Source of the DNA: an uncultured Gemmatimonadales bacterium
GTDB lineage: Bacteria > Gemmatimonadota > Gemmatimonadetes > Gemmatimonadales > Gemmatimonadaceae
Reading direction: 5' to 3'
DNA length: 64,000 nucleotides
Assembly: GCA_963737895.1 (NCBI GenBank)
Contig: CAVTUF010000001.1
Location: 1,289,150 to 1,353,149, forward strand
Under the pieces are notes generated by a model that had not been told where the DNA came from, ran no database searches, and saw only the letters and a list, made by a program, of their open reading frames with translations. The number at the start of each line of letters is the position of its first letter. Within the stretch, counting starts at the first letter, position 1. Shown in pieces: positions 27,764 to 36,945 of the stretch. Made by a program: the position numbers and the translations under genes.

Positions 27764-29899
27764 TTATTTCTGCGCCGTCGCCACCCCTCCAGGGATGTAC
27801 TTGGCGTACCAATCGAGGTACCGCCGCAGCCGGTCCACCTTGAAGCTGGGGCGCGTGAGCCCGTGGTATTGGCCCGGATAAATCACGAGTTCCGTGGGCA
27901 CGTTGAGGACACGCAGTGCCTGGTACATCTGTTCGCCGCCGATCACCGGCACATTGAAGTCCTTGTCCCCACCGAGAAACAGGGTGGGCGTGGCAATGTG
28001 CGTGGCGTGAAAGAAGGGGTAGGAGAGTTTGATCCACAGATCGGGGTGCTCCCACGGCTGGCCCAGCTCTGCGACGTATTGCTGGATGTACTCATCGACG
28101 CCATACATCGAGAGTTGCAGCGCACTCCCCGCCCCGCTCGTCGCGGCCTTGAACCGGGGGTCGGTCGCGATGGAGTAGTCGGTCAGTATCCCGCCGTAGC
28201 TCCACCCGCCAATTCCGAGTTTGCCGGGGTCGGCGATCCCCGTCGCCACGACGTGGTCCATGGCGCCGAGCAGGTCGACGACTTCCTTGTGTCCCCAGTC
28301 GGCGAGAATCGCCCGTTGGTACGCGGCACCCCTGCCCGAGCTCCCCCGATAGTTCGGCGACACGACAACGTATCCGTTGGCCGCGAATAGCTGGCGCTCG
28401 AAACTGAAGTCGTGTTCGTCCTGGCCGTTCGGGCCGCCGTGAATCCGCAGGAGCGTGGGGTAACGGTGCCCGGACGCCGCGCCAGCGGGCTTGATCAGAA
28501 TGCCATGGACATCGGTTCCGTCTTTGCTCCGCGCCGCGAAGTCCTCGGTCGTGCCAAGCTGCACGCCGGCGAGCCACACGTCGTTGCAATGCGTGAGCCG
28601 CCGCACGTCGCCATGGTCGATCACACACACTTCGGGCGGCGTGCTGTCGGTCGCAATCAGACCGGTGAGCGCTCCATCGTGGGCCATGGAGATGCTGGAG
28701 ATCACGAATGAACCAGTCAGCATCCGCGTCACGGCGCCGCTCGCGACATCGACACGTGCCGGGTATACGGACCGGTCATCCTCCACGAGCACCGTGATAC
28801 TGCGCCCGTCTGCCGACCACTGCGGCTGGGATACCGCGCGATCCAGCGCTGCCGTGAGTACTCGTGGCTCGCCCCCCAATGCGCTCACGACCGCCAGTTG
28901 CAATTCGTCGTACGCGAACAGCCGCGGGTCGGCATTTCCCCGCACATAGGCGATCGAGCTGCCATCGGGGCTCCACGCCAGCCGCCCCGCCTCGGGCGGG
29001 TTGTCGGGACCGGGCCAAGTCGTGAGCTGCATGGCCGCGGCGCCGGGCTGGGTGTCGACGGCAAACACGTCCCAGTTGTTCGCGCGATCCACATCCACCG
29101 GAGTCCGCTTGCTCACAAATGCGATCCGCCGCCCGTCGGGTGACCATGCCGGCTGCTCTTCGTCGAACGCGCCCGCCGTAAGGATCCGTGTGGCGTGCGT
29201 GGCCACGTCGAGCAGGTAGAGATGGTCGCGAGATTTGCCGAGGTAGCCGGTGATGTCCTCTTTGAACTGATAGCGGTCAATGACGATCGGCTTCGGTTTC
29301 TTGTGCTCGCCATCCGCTTTCCGCGCGGCGGAATCCCGGTGGGCCGAATCGGCCACCGCTGAATCGGGATCGTCTGCCACCACCAGCACAATGTGGGTGC
29401 CGTCGGGCGACCACACGTAGTCGTTGACGTCACCGGTGAAGCTGGTGATCCGGATCCCTTCGCCGCCCTGGCGGCTCATCAACCACAACTGCAATGTCTC
29501 GTTCGCGTTGTCGCGCGCGGACAGGAAACTGATGTAGCGGCCATCCGGGCTCCAGCGGGGACGCGATTCGTTCGAGGTGTCCGTGGTGAGCTGAATCGTG
29601 TTGGTGCCGTCGGAGCTGGTCATCCAGATCTGGGTGTGACCCTTGTCGCGCGCTGAGTCCGGCGTGCTCACGGTATACGCGACCCACTGGCCATCCGGTG
29701 ACCGCTCCGGATCGCGCACATCTTCGAGGCGGTAGAGATCCTCGGCACGCAGTGGCCGGCGCGCGTTCGTACTCGCAGTCGCAGCCGGGGACGGCGCGGA
29801 CCCCGACGTCTGTGCCATGGCAGGCGCGATCGCGAAGCAGCCGGCTGCGATGACGACAGCGATGACGACAGCGATGAACTGTCGCATGAGGATTGGCAT
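27764..29899 (-). CDS. S9-family serine peptidase with an N-terminal TolB-like beta-propeller
   Basis: ATG at 29899 with a signal peptide. Repeated SPDG... propeller blades, the nucleophile elbow GIGGWSYGG, and a C-terminal GDKDFNVP...H. Confidence 0.9.
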   Translation of the reverse strand: MPILMRQFIAVVIAVVIAAGCFAIAPAMAQTSGSAPSPAATASTNARRPLRAEDLYRLEDVRDPERSPDGQWVAYTVSTPDSARDKGHTQIWMTSSDGTNTIQLTTDTSNESRPRWSPDGRYISFLSARDNANETLQLWLMSRQGGEGIRITSFTGDVNDYVWSPDGTHIVLVVADDPDSAVADSAHRDSAARKADGEHKKPKPIVIDRYQFKEDITGYLGKSRDHLYLLDVATHATRILTAGAFDEEQPAWSPDGRRIAFVSKRTPVDVDRANNWDVFAVDTQPGAAAMQLTTWPGPDNPPEAGRLAWSPDGSSIAYVRGNADPRLFAYDELQLAVVSALGGEPRVLTAALDRAVSQPQWSADGRSITVLVEDDRSVYPARVDVASGAVTRMLTGSFVISSISMAHDGALTGLIATDSTPPEVCVIDHGDVRRLTHCNDVWLAGVQLGTTEDFAARSKDGTDVHGILIKPAGAASGHRYPTLLRIHGGPNGQDEHDFSFERQLFAANGYVVVSPNYRGSSGRGAAYQRAILADWGHKEVVDLLGAMDHVVATGIADPGKLGIGGWSYGGILTDYSIATDPRFKAATSGAGSALQLSMYGVDEYIQQYVAELGQPWEHPDLWIKLSYPFFHATHIATPTLFLGGDKDFNVPVIGGEQMYQALRVLNVPTELVIYPGQYHGLTRPSFKVDRLRRYLDWYAKYIPGGVATAQK

Positions 29900-29930
29900 C
29901 GATCTGATGGTGTGGAAGTGAGTGATCCGA

Positions 29931-30818
29931 TCAGAGACGCGTGATCGCAGGACGCGTGTGGCGCCACATGGCACCCACGAACGACCCGCGAGTGACAATC
30001 TGCGCCGCGGACCGTTCGAGCACACCCCAGCCGCCGGCCACTGGCGGCGCCGCGGACCACGGGTAGACTGGCGTGCGCGGCACCGCGAGCGCATCCCCGC
30101 GCCACCGCGAGAGTACGGCAAATCCGAGCCTGTAGCCTGCCGCACGCGCCAGCTCTCGCTCGCGAGACCCGGCCGCGCCATACGGATAGGCGACCGCCAG
30201 GACTGGCGCACCGAGTACCATCTCCAACATCGTGCGCGACCGCGTGAGTTCCGACGCCGCCTGATCCGCCTCGAGCCACGACAGCCGCGGGTGCGTCGCG
30301 GTATGCGAGAATGAACTCGATCCCGCGTCCATGCCATCGCGCAATGTCGCGCCACGCCAATGCGCGAACCGCCGGCCGCCGATCGCCACGTCCCATCGGT
30401 TCAGCCGGCCCGCGTACTCCGTGATCACGGCGCACGCCGCCGTGAAACCGCCATCCGCCAGCGCGGGAAATGCGTAGTCCCTGAGTCCGCGGTAGGCATC
30501 ATCGAACGTGATCGCGAACTCACGTGGTCCCGCTGGCCGCGTGCCCGCCAGTGTTGCCGCCAGCTCGTTCAGCGTCAGCGTTCGCCAGCCGCCAGCAGCC
30601 AGCGACTCGATCTGCCTGGCGAAGCGCCGCGGGGAGAGCCGCGTCACGCCGATCTCGCTCCTGCAATCGACCTTGTGATAGACCAGGACGGGCGGGATGA
30701 GCCGCCCGGCAGCATCGCGCGCAAAAAAACCGGTCTTGTTCGGTGCCACTTGGTCAGCAATCACTATCGTCCCCCAACCCACGGATCGCACGGTATAATT
30801 GGACCTCCGAGACGGCAT
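29931..30818 (-). CDS. polysaccharide deacetylase (NodB-homology) family protein
   Basis: VLVYHKV...ITFDDAYRG...SHTATHPRL. ATG at 30818 is preferred over the TTG at 30884. It lies 31 nt upstream of the S9 peptidase on the same strand. Confidence 0.8.
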   Translation of the reverse strand: MPSRRSNYTVRSVGWGTIVIADQVAPNKTGFFARDAAGRLIPPVLVYHKVDCRSEIGVTRLSPRRFARQIESLAAGGWRTLTLNELAATLAGTRPAGPREFAITFDDAYRGLRDYAFPALADGGFTAACAVITEYAGRLNRWDVAIGGRRFAHWRGATLRDGMDAGSSSFSHTATHPRLSWLEADQAASELTRSRTMLEMVLGAPVLAVAYPYGAAGSRERELARAAGYRLGFAVLSRWRGDALAVPRTPVYPWSAAPPVAGGWGVLERSAAQIVTRGSFVGAMWRHTRPAITRL

Positions 30819-30864
30819 GCCTGCGGAGATCCCAGCGTTACCACCGAACGGCCGAGGAATCAGA

Positions 30865-32664
30865 ATGTCCCAGATTGTGAGCAATTACCGCCCCGCGGTC
30901 AATGCCTGCCCGATCCGCGAGGCCGGCCGCACGGGCTGGATGCTCCTCGCGGCCATGACGCTGGGAGCGGCGCCGCTCCCCCTGGGCGCGCAATCCGCAT
31001 CGTCGGCCGCCGCCCTCAACGCCGCGATCGATCGCGCCGTAGCCGCGGTGTCCGGCAAGGTCGTCGCCTGGCGCCGTGACATCCACCAGCACCCCGAGCT
31101 CGGCAACCGCGAGTTCCGCACGTCGAAGCTCGTCGCCGATCACCTGACGTCCCTCGGGATGACCGTCCGCACCGGTGTGGCCCACACGGGCGTCGTTGGC
31201 ATTCTGCGCGGCGGCCGTCCCGGTCCAGTGGTCGCGCTCCGCGCCGACATGGACGCCCTGCCCGTCACCGAGCCGGCCGGCCTGCCATTCGCATCGACCG
31301 CGCGCTCCACCTACAACGGCCAGGACGTCGGCGTCATGCACGCCTGCGGACACGATACGCACACCGCGATGCTCATGGGCGTGGCGGAGGTCCTCTCCAG
31401 CGTACGGCGCAATCTGCCTGGCACCGTGATCTTCCTGTTCCAGCCGGCGGAAGAGATGGCGCCTGCGGGTGAGGATGGCGGGGCCGAGCTTATGGTGCGC
31501 GAAGGCGCCCTCGACGATCCCAAGCCCGACGCGGTGTTTGGGCTGCACGTCGTGCCGTTCGTGCTGGGCCACGTGCTGTACCGGTCCGGTCCCTTCATGG
31601 CGAGCAGCGATCCGATCACCATCGTAGTTCACGGCCGCCAGACGCACGGGGCACTCCCGTGGAAAGGGGTCGATCCGATCACCGTCGCGGCACAGATCGT
31701 AACCGGTCTTCAGACGATCGTCAGCCGGCAGACCGACCTCACCGCCGGCCCGGCGGTCGTCACGATCGGCAGCATCCAGGGCGGGGTGCGCGGCAACATC
31801 ATCCCCGACAGCGTCGTCATGCTGGGCACGGTCCGGACTTTCGACTCCACGATGCGCCGCGACATTCGCGAGCGCGTAATCCGCACCACCCAGTTGATCG
31901 CGCAAAGCGCGGGTGCCACCGCCGACGTCAGTGTCGATCTCCGCTATCCCGTCACCGTCAACGATCCGGCGCTCACCGCGAAGATGCTCCCGGTCTTGCG
32001 GCGCGTCGTCGGCGATACCGGGGTCGTCGAAAGTCCGCTCGTGACGGGAGCGGAGGATTTCTCCTTTTACGGGAAGCGCGCCCCGGCACTGTATGTCCAT
32101 CTGGGCGTGACCCCCCCGGACTCGAACTGGCGAACCGCCGCGCCGAACCACTCGCCGAAGTTCTACGCCGACGAGCGTGCGTTCCCGACGGGCATGCGCA
32201 TTCTGGCGCATCTCGCGGCTGACTTTCTCGAGAATGGGCCGCGGAGCATCGAGTACCGCCAGCGCGCCCTGAGCAGGGCTCGCCGGCCGCAACTCGGCCT
32301 GTCACACGAGCGCCGGACGCGGCGGTACGGATTCTGGTCCGTACCGCCGCGTTTGAACATTCCATCTCACGCACGCCTGCACGCACCGGCATTCACGGTT
32401 TCGGCGCCACCGTGTCGGCCGGCGTTTGGGTGTTCGTTTGGGTGTTCGTTTGCGTGTTCGTTTGGGGATTCGTCTGGCCCGAGCTGTTGTTGCCGCCGCT
32501 TCCATTCGCGCCGGTCGCCTGCGTGCCCGGAGATGTGCTGTCACACCCGGCTGTGGTCTCCACATCGTGTCCGGCGCGCCAGTCACCGATCTGCGCCGCG
32601 AACTGCGTGCCCAGCGCAGCCACATCCACCGGCTCGGCGTCCGGCGGGTCCTGCCGCCCCGTAA
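30865..32664 (+). CDS. M20-family amidohydrolase (N-acyl-amino-acid amidohydrolase type); the last ~130 codons are probably an artefactual read-through
   Basis: ATG at 30865 with GAGGA 6 nt upstream. DIHQHPELGNREF...MHACGHDTH...FQPAEE. Homology ends near ...ILAHLAADFLE (about 32240). The ORF then crosses a terminator hairpin and overlaps the convergent TPR gene. Confidence 0.8.
   Translation: MSQIVSNYRPAVNACPIREAGRTGWMLLAAMTLGAAPLPLGAQSASSAAALNAAIDRAVAAVSGKVVAWRRDIHQHPELGNREFRTSKLVADHLTSLGMTVRTGVAHTGVVGILRGGRPGPVVALRADMDALPVTEPAGLPFASTARSTYNGQDVGVMHACGHDTHTAMLMGVAEVLSSVRRNLPGTVIFLFQPAEEMAPAGEDGGAELMVREGALDDPKPDAVFGLHVVPFVLGHVLYRSGPFMASSDPITIVVHGRQTHGALPWKGVDPITVAAQIVTGLQTIVSRQTDLTAGPAVVTIGSIQGGVRGNIIPDSVVMLGTVRTFDSTMRRDIRERVIRTTQLIAQSAGATADVSVDLRYPVTVNDPALTAKMLPVLRRVVGDTGVVESPLVTGAEDFSFYGKRAPALYVHLGVTPPDSNWRTAAPNHSPKFYADERAFPTGMRILAHLAADFLENGPRSIEYRQRALSRARRPQLGLSHERRTRRYGFWSVPPRLNIPSHARLHAPAFTVSAPPCRPAFGCSFGCSFACSFGDSSGPSCCCRRFHSRRSPACPEMCCHTRLWSPHRVRRASHRSAPRTACPAQPHPPARRPAGPAAP
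32319..32350. terminator. 13-bp-stem hairpin between convergent genes
   Basis: GCGGCGGTACGGA-ttctgg-TCCGTACCGCCGC followed by GTTTGAAC. Confidence 0.65.
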
Positions 32665-33481
32665 CCCGCGCGAGGCTCACCCGGGCTTTGGTATACGTGC
32701 TGTCCGCGTTGAGCGCATCCTGATACGCACCTGCCGCGGCAGTCACATGCCCGCTGCGCTCGAGCGCGATGCCAAGGTTGTTGTGGAACACGCTCACGCT
32801 GGGGTCGAGCTGCACCGCCCGCGCGAGTGGCCCCAGTGCATCGGCGTACTGCCCTCCGCCGATCAGCAGCAATCCCATGTTGTTCATTGACCAGACGTCC
32901 GTCGAGTCGAGCGCGATCGCGGCCCGGTAGGCGCTGAGGGCTTCGGTCCGGTGACCAAGGCTGCTCTGCGCGCGGCCGAGTACACGCCACGCTTCGCCCG
33001 ATGTGGAATCCGCCACGAGGACGACGTTGATCCGGTCGAGCGCATCGTTGGGCCGCTGCTGCTCCAGCAGGACCCGGCTCAGGTTGATGAGGCTCTTCGT
33101 ATGCCCGGGATTGATCGCGAGTGCCGTCTCGAACGCAGCCCGCGCCGTGTCGAGCTGCCCGGCCTTCCAGGCTGACACACCACGCATGTAGTGGCCCCAC
33201 ACGTTCTGCGGATGGCGCGCCGAATAGTTGCTGAACATGACCGCCGCGTCCGTGTAGCGATGTGCCGCGTACACCGACTCGGCGGTCGCATAGGAGACGT
33301 TGGGGTCGGCGGTCACGGAAGTGGACGCGACGGGGGCGGGTGCCGGACTGTCCACCGGATCCGGACTCGCCGCATCGCGATTCGCGGTCCGGGCGGTGCC
33401 GCGTGAACCGCCGCACGCGGCGGCGCAAAGGATTGCCATGGCCGTGATCGCCACAGCGCGGGGGTGAGAGTGCGCGGACAT
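32393..33481 (-). CDS. TPR-repeat lipoprotein
   Basis: Lipobox-like signal AILCAAACGG, multiple 34-aa TPR-like repeats, and a low-complexity (TNTQ)n C-terminus. Confidence 0.8.
   Translation of the reverse strand: MSAHSHPRAVAITAMAILCAAACGGSRGTARTANRDAASPDPVDSPAPAPVASTSVTADPNVSYATAESVYAAHRYTDAAVMFSNYSARHPQNVWGHYMRGVSAWKAGQLDTARAAFETALAINPGHTKSLINLSRVLLEQQRPNDALDRINVVLVADSTSGEAWRVLGRAQSSLGHRTEALSAYRAAIALDSTDVWSMNNMGLLLIGGGQYADALGPLARAVQLDPSVSVFHNNLGIALERSGHVTAAAGAYQDALNADSTYTKARVSLARVTGRQDPPDAEPVDVAALGTQFAAQIGDWRAGHDVETTAGCDSTSPGTQATGANGSGGNNSSGQTNPQTNTQTNTQTNTQTPADTVAPKP
32423..32470. repeat. tandem 12-nt coding repeat (CGTTTGGGTGTT x4, last two copies degenerate)
   Basis: Units at 32423-34, 32435-46, 32447-58 and 32459-70. 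They encode QTNTQTNTQTNT in the TPR lipoprotein tail. Confidence 0.85.
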
Positions 33482-33763
33482 ACTGAACCTCCTGAGGTGT
33501 CGCGTCCGTGTGACGGGCGCTGGCCGGTGCTACGGTGAGCGAGGTCCAGGAAAGGCAAGCGCGTGGCCGCGACGCGGCGCGCAGCGGCCGTCGCGGCGAA
33601 TCGCATGGTGTCATGTGGGTTACGACTCTGCAGTCGCGGTTCGCGACCGGCCGCGTGACGCGGATCGTGTCGTGATGGACACGCCTGCAAACTCTCGGAT
33701 GTGTCCATGCGGACACGCATCTCGCCGCGATGCCGCTCCGGATGATCGAGGGCGCAGCGCGCC

Positions 33764-35137
33764 TCAGGCCGCCGGCGGCCGCGTGAGTCCGTGCCGCCGC
33801 ATGATCTTCAACAGGCTGGCGTGATCGGCCAGCTCCAGATCCTGCGCGGTCTTCGTGACATGCCAGTCGTGCTGGTCGAGCGCGGCAATCAGGATCTGCC
33901 GCTCGGCCTCGGCTTTCCGTTCGAGGAAACTGCGCCCCACCATCGTGCCGTTCGTTTCCCGCGACGCACCTCCCTCACGGACCTCCAGCGGGACGTGCTC
34001 CGGTCCGATCGTATCGCCATCCGACGCGATGACCATGCGCTCCACGACGTTCCGAAGCTCGCGCACGTTGTTCTGGTGCCAGTCATAGGTCATGAGCAGC
34101 GGGATCACGGAGGGCCCGAGCTGCTTGCGGCGGCACCGGAAGCGCTCGCAGGTCGACGCCAGCAGGCGGCCGACAAGATCGGGGATGTCCGAGAGGCGGT
34201 CCCGTAGCGGCGGCACGCGCAGCACGTGCGTATTGAGGCGAAAGTACAGATCCTTGCGGAACCGTCCCGCCTCCACGTCAGCGGCAAGATCCCGGTTCGT
34301 GGCGGCAACAACGCGCGCGGGTACTGGCAGCGCGCGGGAACTGCCCAACCGGACGATCGCGCGCTCTTCGAGGACTCGCAGGAGTTTGGCCTGCGCCGGA
34401 AGCGGCAGCTCTCCGATTTCGTCCAGGAAGAGGGTTCCGCGTCCCGCGCTCTCGAACGCGCCTTTGCGCTGCATGACCGCGCCGGAAAATGCCCCGCGCT
34501 CATGACCGAACAACTCACTCTCGACGAGTTGGTCCGGCAGCGCGGCACAGTTGACCGCCACGAATGGATCGCGCGGATTGGACCCCAACCGGTGCACGTC
34601 GCGGGCGACCAACTCCTTGCCGGACCCGCTCTCGCCCGCGATCAGCACCGCGCTCGGGATCGGCGCGACACGGCCGATCGCATCCTTGAGTGCACGCATC
34701 GCCGGACTGGCGCCGAGCAGTGCACTCTCATCATCGGCGTAGCGGCGCAGCATGGCGATCTCGTCCTGCATGCGCCGGCGCTCGATGGCCATCCCGATCT
34801 CGTGCGCGACTCGCTCGACTGGCTCCTCCTTGTCGATGAACGCGAGTGCGCCTCGGCGAATGGCCTCCGCACACCGGTCATAGCTCCCCGTTCCGGTGTA
34901 CACGATGACGGGGACAGGAGACCCACGATCCTGCAGTGCCTGGAGAACGCCGAAGCCGTCCATTCCTGGCATCTCGAGATCGAGCACCACGCAATCGATC
35001 GCGTCGCGGCCCAACACCTCGAGCGCGGCCGCGCCCGACCCCGCGACCTGGACGTCATGGTGGCCGAGGCGCCGGAGATCGTACGCGTATTGCTCGGCGA
35101 CTGCGATGTTGTCGTCACACACGAGTATTGTGGACAT
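33764..35137 (-). CDS. sigma-54-dependent response regulator (NtrC family)
   Basis: ATG at 35137 with GAGGA upstream. Receiver (ILVCDD...DLEMPGMDG), AAA+ (GESGSGKE, ELFGHERGAFSGA) and a C-terminal HTH. Confidence 0.92.
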   Translation of the reverse strand: MSTILVCDDNIAVAEQYAYDLRRLGHHDVQVAGSGAAALEVLGRDAIDCVVLDLEMPGMDGFGVLQALQDRGSPVPVIVYTGTGSYDRCAEAIRRGALAFIDKEEPVERVAHEIGMAIERRRMQDEIAMLRRYADDESALLGASPAMRALKDAIGRVAPIPSAVLIAGESGSGKELVARDVHRLGSNPRDPFVAVNCAALPDQLVESELFGHERGAFSGAVMQRKGAFESAGRGTLFLDEIGELPLPAQAKLLRVLEERAIVRLGSSRALPVPARVVAATNRDLAADVEAGRFRKDLYFRLNTHVLRVPPLRDRLSDIPDLVGRLLASTCERFRCRRKQLGPSVIPLLMTYDWHQNNVRELRNVVERMVIASDGDTIGPEHVPLEVREGGASRETNGTMVGRSFLERKAEAERQILIAALDQHDWHVTKTAQDLELADHASLLKIMRRHGLTRPPAA

Positions 35138-35145
35138 GCCGATCC

Positions 35146-36945
35146 TCACGATGCGCGCGTCTGGAGGGGCGCCGCGCTGATGCCAGCCACGCCGCTGCCA
35201 GCTACGCTGGGAGTGGCTGGCCCCGGGAAGGTGAGCGTGACACGCGTTCCGCTCCCCGGAGCGGTGTCCACCCGAAGGACGCCGTTGACGTCGCGCACGA
35301 GACGCCGTACGATCGAGAGCCCGAGGCCGGTGCCGTTCGGCTTCGTTGTGAAGAAGTCGCTGAACGCCGACCGCAGCTCATCAGGGTTCATCCCACACCC
35401 GTTGTCAGCAATGGTCACGCACACGTCGCCTCCGGCCGGCTCTGTCATGATGGTCACGCCGCCACTCACGTGGCGAGTCGCATCGAGTGCGTTCGACACC
35501 ACGTTCTCGAGGATGCGGCGTATGACCAGCGGATCGGCCGTCACTGGCGGAGCCTTTGGATCGAGCCGCAGCGTGATCGCCGCTGTCTCACCCGCCCCGG
35601 GGGCAGTCTCGGGCGTCGCATAGCCGGACGCGACAGCCGCCGCCACCGCGTTGATGTCGCATGGACCGATGTCGGCACGGGGACTGAGCCTGGCATAGTT
35701 GCGGGCCAGTTCGTCGAGGTACCCAATGCTCGCATCGAGCGTCGTCCGGCGCTCCGCGAAGACTGCGGCCAGTTGCTCGGGTGTTGAACGCTGGATCTCG
35801 GCGAGATGCCGCATCACGTGGCGGATCGGGACCAACCCGTTCTTGACGTCATGGGTGACCTGCCGCGCCAGATCACCCATTGCCGCACGCCGCTCCGCCT
35901 CTCGCAGTCCCGCAGCGGTCGTGCGAAGACGTTGCACCATCGTGCCCAGCACGCGCGACAGCACGCCGATCTCGTCGGTGCGATCGGTCGAGAATCCAGT
36001 GGCTAGCGGCGCGGTAGTTGGCACGAGATCGACTTGTGCGGATTGCTCCGCCAGCATCCGGATCGGCCGAGAGATTCGCTCGGCCAGCGAGTTGGCAGCC
36101 AGCAGCGCCGCCGCGGCGGCCAACAGTGCCGCGACGAGGCACCACCACAACACCGCGGCCCGCAGCAGGCGCAGCCCGCTCAGTGATTGTGTGACGTCGA
36201 ACCTGGCCAATGAGAGAGTGCGTGCGCCATTCGATGTCGCGGTGATCGCCGGAAAGGTGAACGACGAGACCAGCGATGCGCCGGGCTCGCGGGGATGCGA
36301 GACGACTGCGTTGCCGGGGAATGGGCTGGCCGCTGGCTGGGCGACTATCAGCGCCACCGACAGCTCGCTATCCGCTGCCGCGTGCCCCAGCCGCTGGGGT
36401 GTTGCTTCGGCTCCGCCGACCAGCACGAACCGCCGGCCGCCGAGCTGGAGGGAATCGGCACGTGCGAGGACCAGAATCGGACCGGCTGGGGTCCGTGCCC
36501 ACATGAGCGCCACGCCATCCGGCGCCCGCCGGAGGACCGAGACGAGTCCGGTATCGAGGCGGTCGTACTCGTTGCGATAGTGCCCCGAACTCAGAATCCG
36601 GCCGCTGTCATTCTCGATCTGCAGCATAGCGAGCCCGGAGAGACGCATCGCGCGCGCGGCATAGTCGAGGAGATACGGACGCTCCGCCGCCGTGCCGAGC
36701 ACCGCAGCCGCGCGGAATCGATTGTCGTCAGCCAGCCCGTCTCGCACGGACGCCAGACGCTCGGCGACCCCGGACGCGACGCTCTCGACGTCGCGACGAG
36801 TTTGCGCCGCGAGCCCATCGGCGCGCCGCCGGTCCGCATCTCGGAGCCGCCAGTCCAGTTCGTGCGCGATCCCCGCGGCGAGAACGGCCAGCGGTATCAC
36901 GGCGGTCGCGGCGAGTGCGACGAAGAGCCGGGTGCGAAACGTCAT
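35146..36945 (-). CDS. sensor histidine kinase
   Basis: ATG at 36945 overlaps the upstream stop (ATGA). Two TM segments flank a large periplasmic region. H-box AAMGDLARQVTHDVKNGL and G-boxes IADNGCGM and GTGLGLSIVR. Confidence 0.9.
   Translation of the reverse strand: MTFRTRLFVALAATAVIPLAVLAAGIAHELDWRLRDADRRRADGLAAQTRRDVESVASGVAERLASVRDGLADDNRFRAAAVLGTAAERPYLLDYAARAMRLSGLAMLQIENDSGRILSSGHYRNEYDRLDTGLVSVLRRAPDGVALMWARTPAGPILVLARADSLQLGGRRFVLVGGAEATPQRLGHAAADSELSVALIVAQPAASPFPGNAVVSHPREPGASLVSSFTFPAITATSNGARTLSLARFDVTQSLSGLRLLRAAVLWWCLVAALLAAAAALLAANSLAERISRPIRMLAEQSAQVDLVPTTAPLATGFSTDRTDEIGVLSRVLGTMVQRLRTTAAGLREAERRAAMGDLARQVTHDVKNGLVPIRHVMRHLAEIQRSTPEQLAAVFAERRTTLDASIGYLDELARNYARLSPRADIGPCDINAVAAAVASGYATPETAPGAGETAAITLRLDPKAPPVTADPLVIRRILENVVSNALDATRHVSGGVTIMTEPAGGDVCVTIADNGCGMNPDELRSAFSDFFTTKPNGTGLGLSIVRRLVRDVNGVLRVDTAPGSGTRVTLTFPGPATPSVAGSGVAGISAAPLQTRAS

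Noticed and set aside
32273-32664. The C-terminal ~130-aa extension of the M20 amidohydrolase as a real extra domain.
   Set aside because: It has Cys/Arg/Pro-rich composition, crosses a strong terminator hairpin and overlaps the well-supported convergent TPR gene. An out-of-frame TGA lies next to a CCC run.
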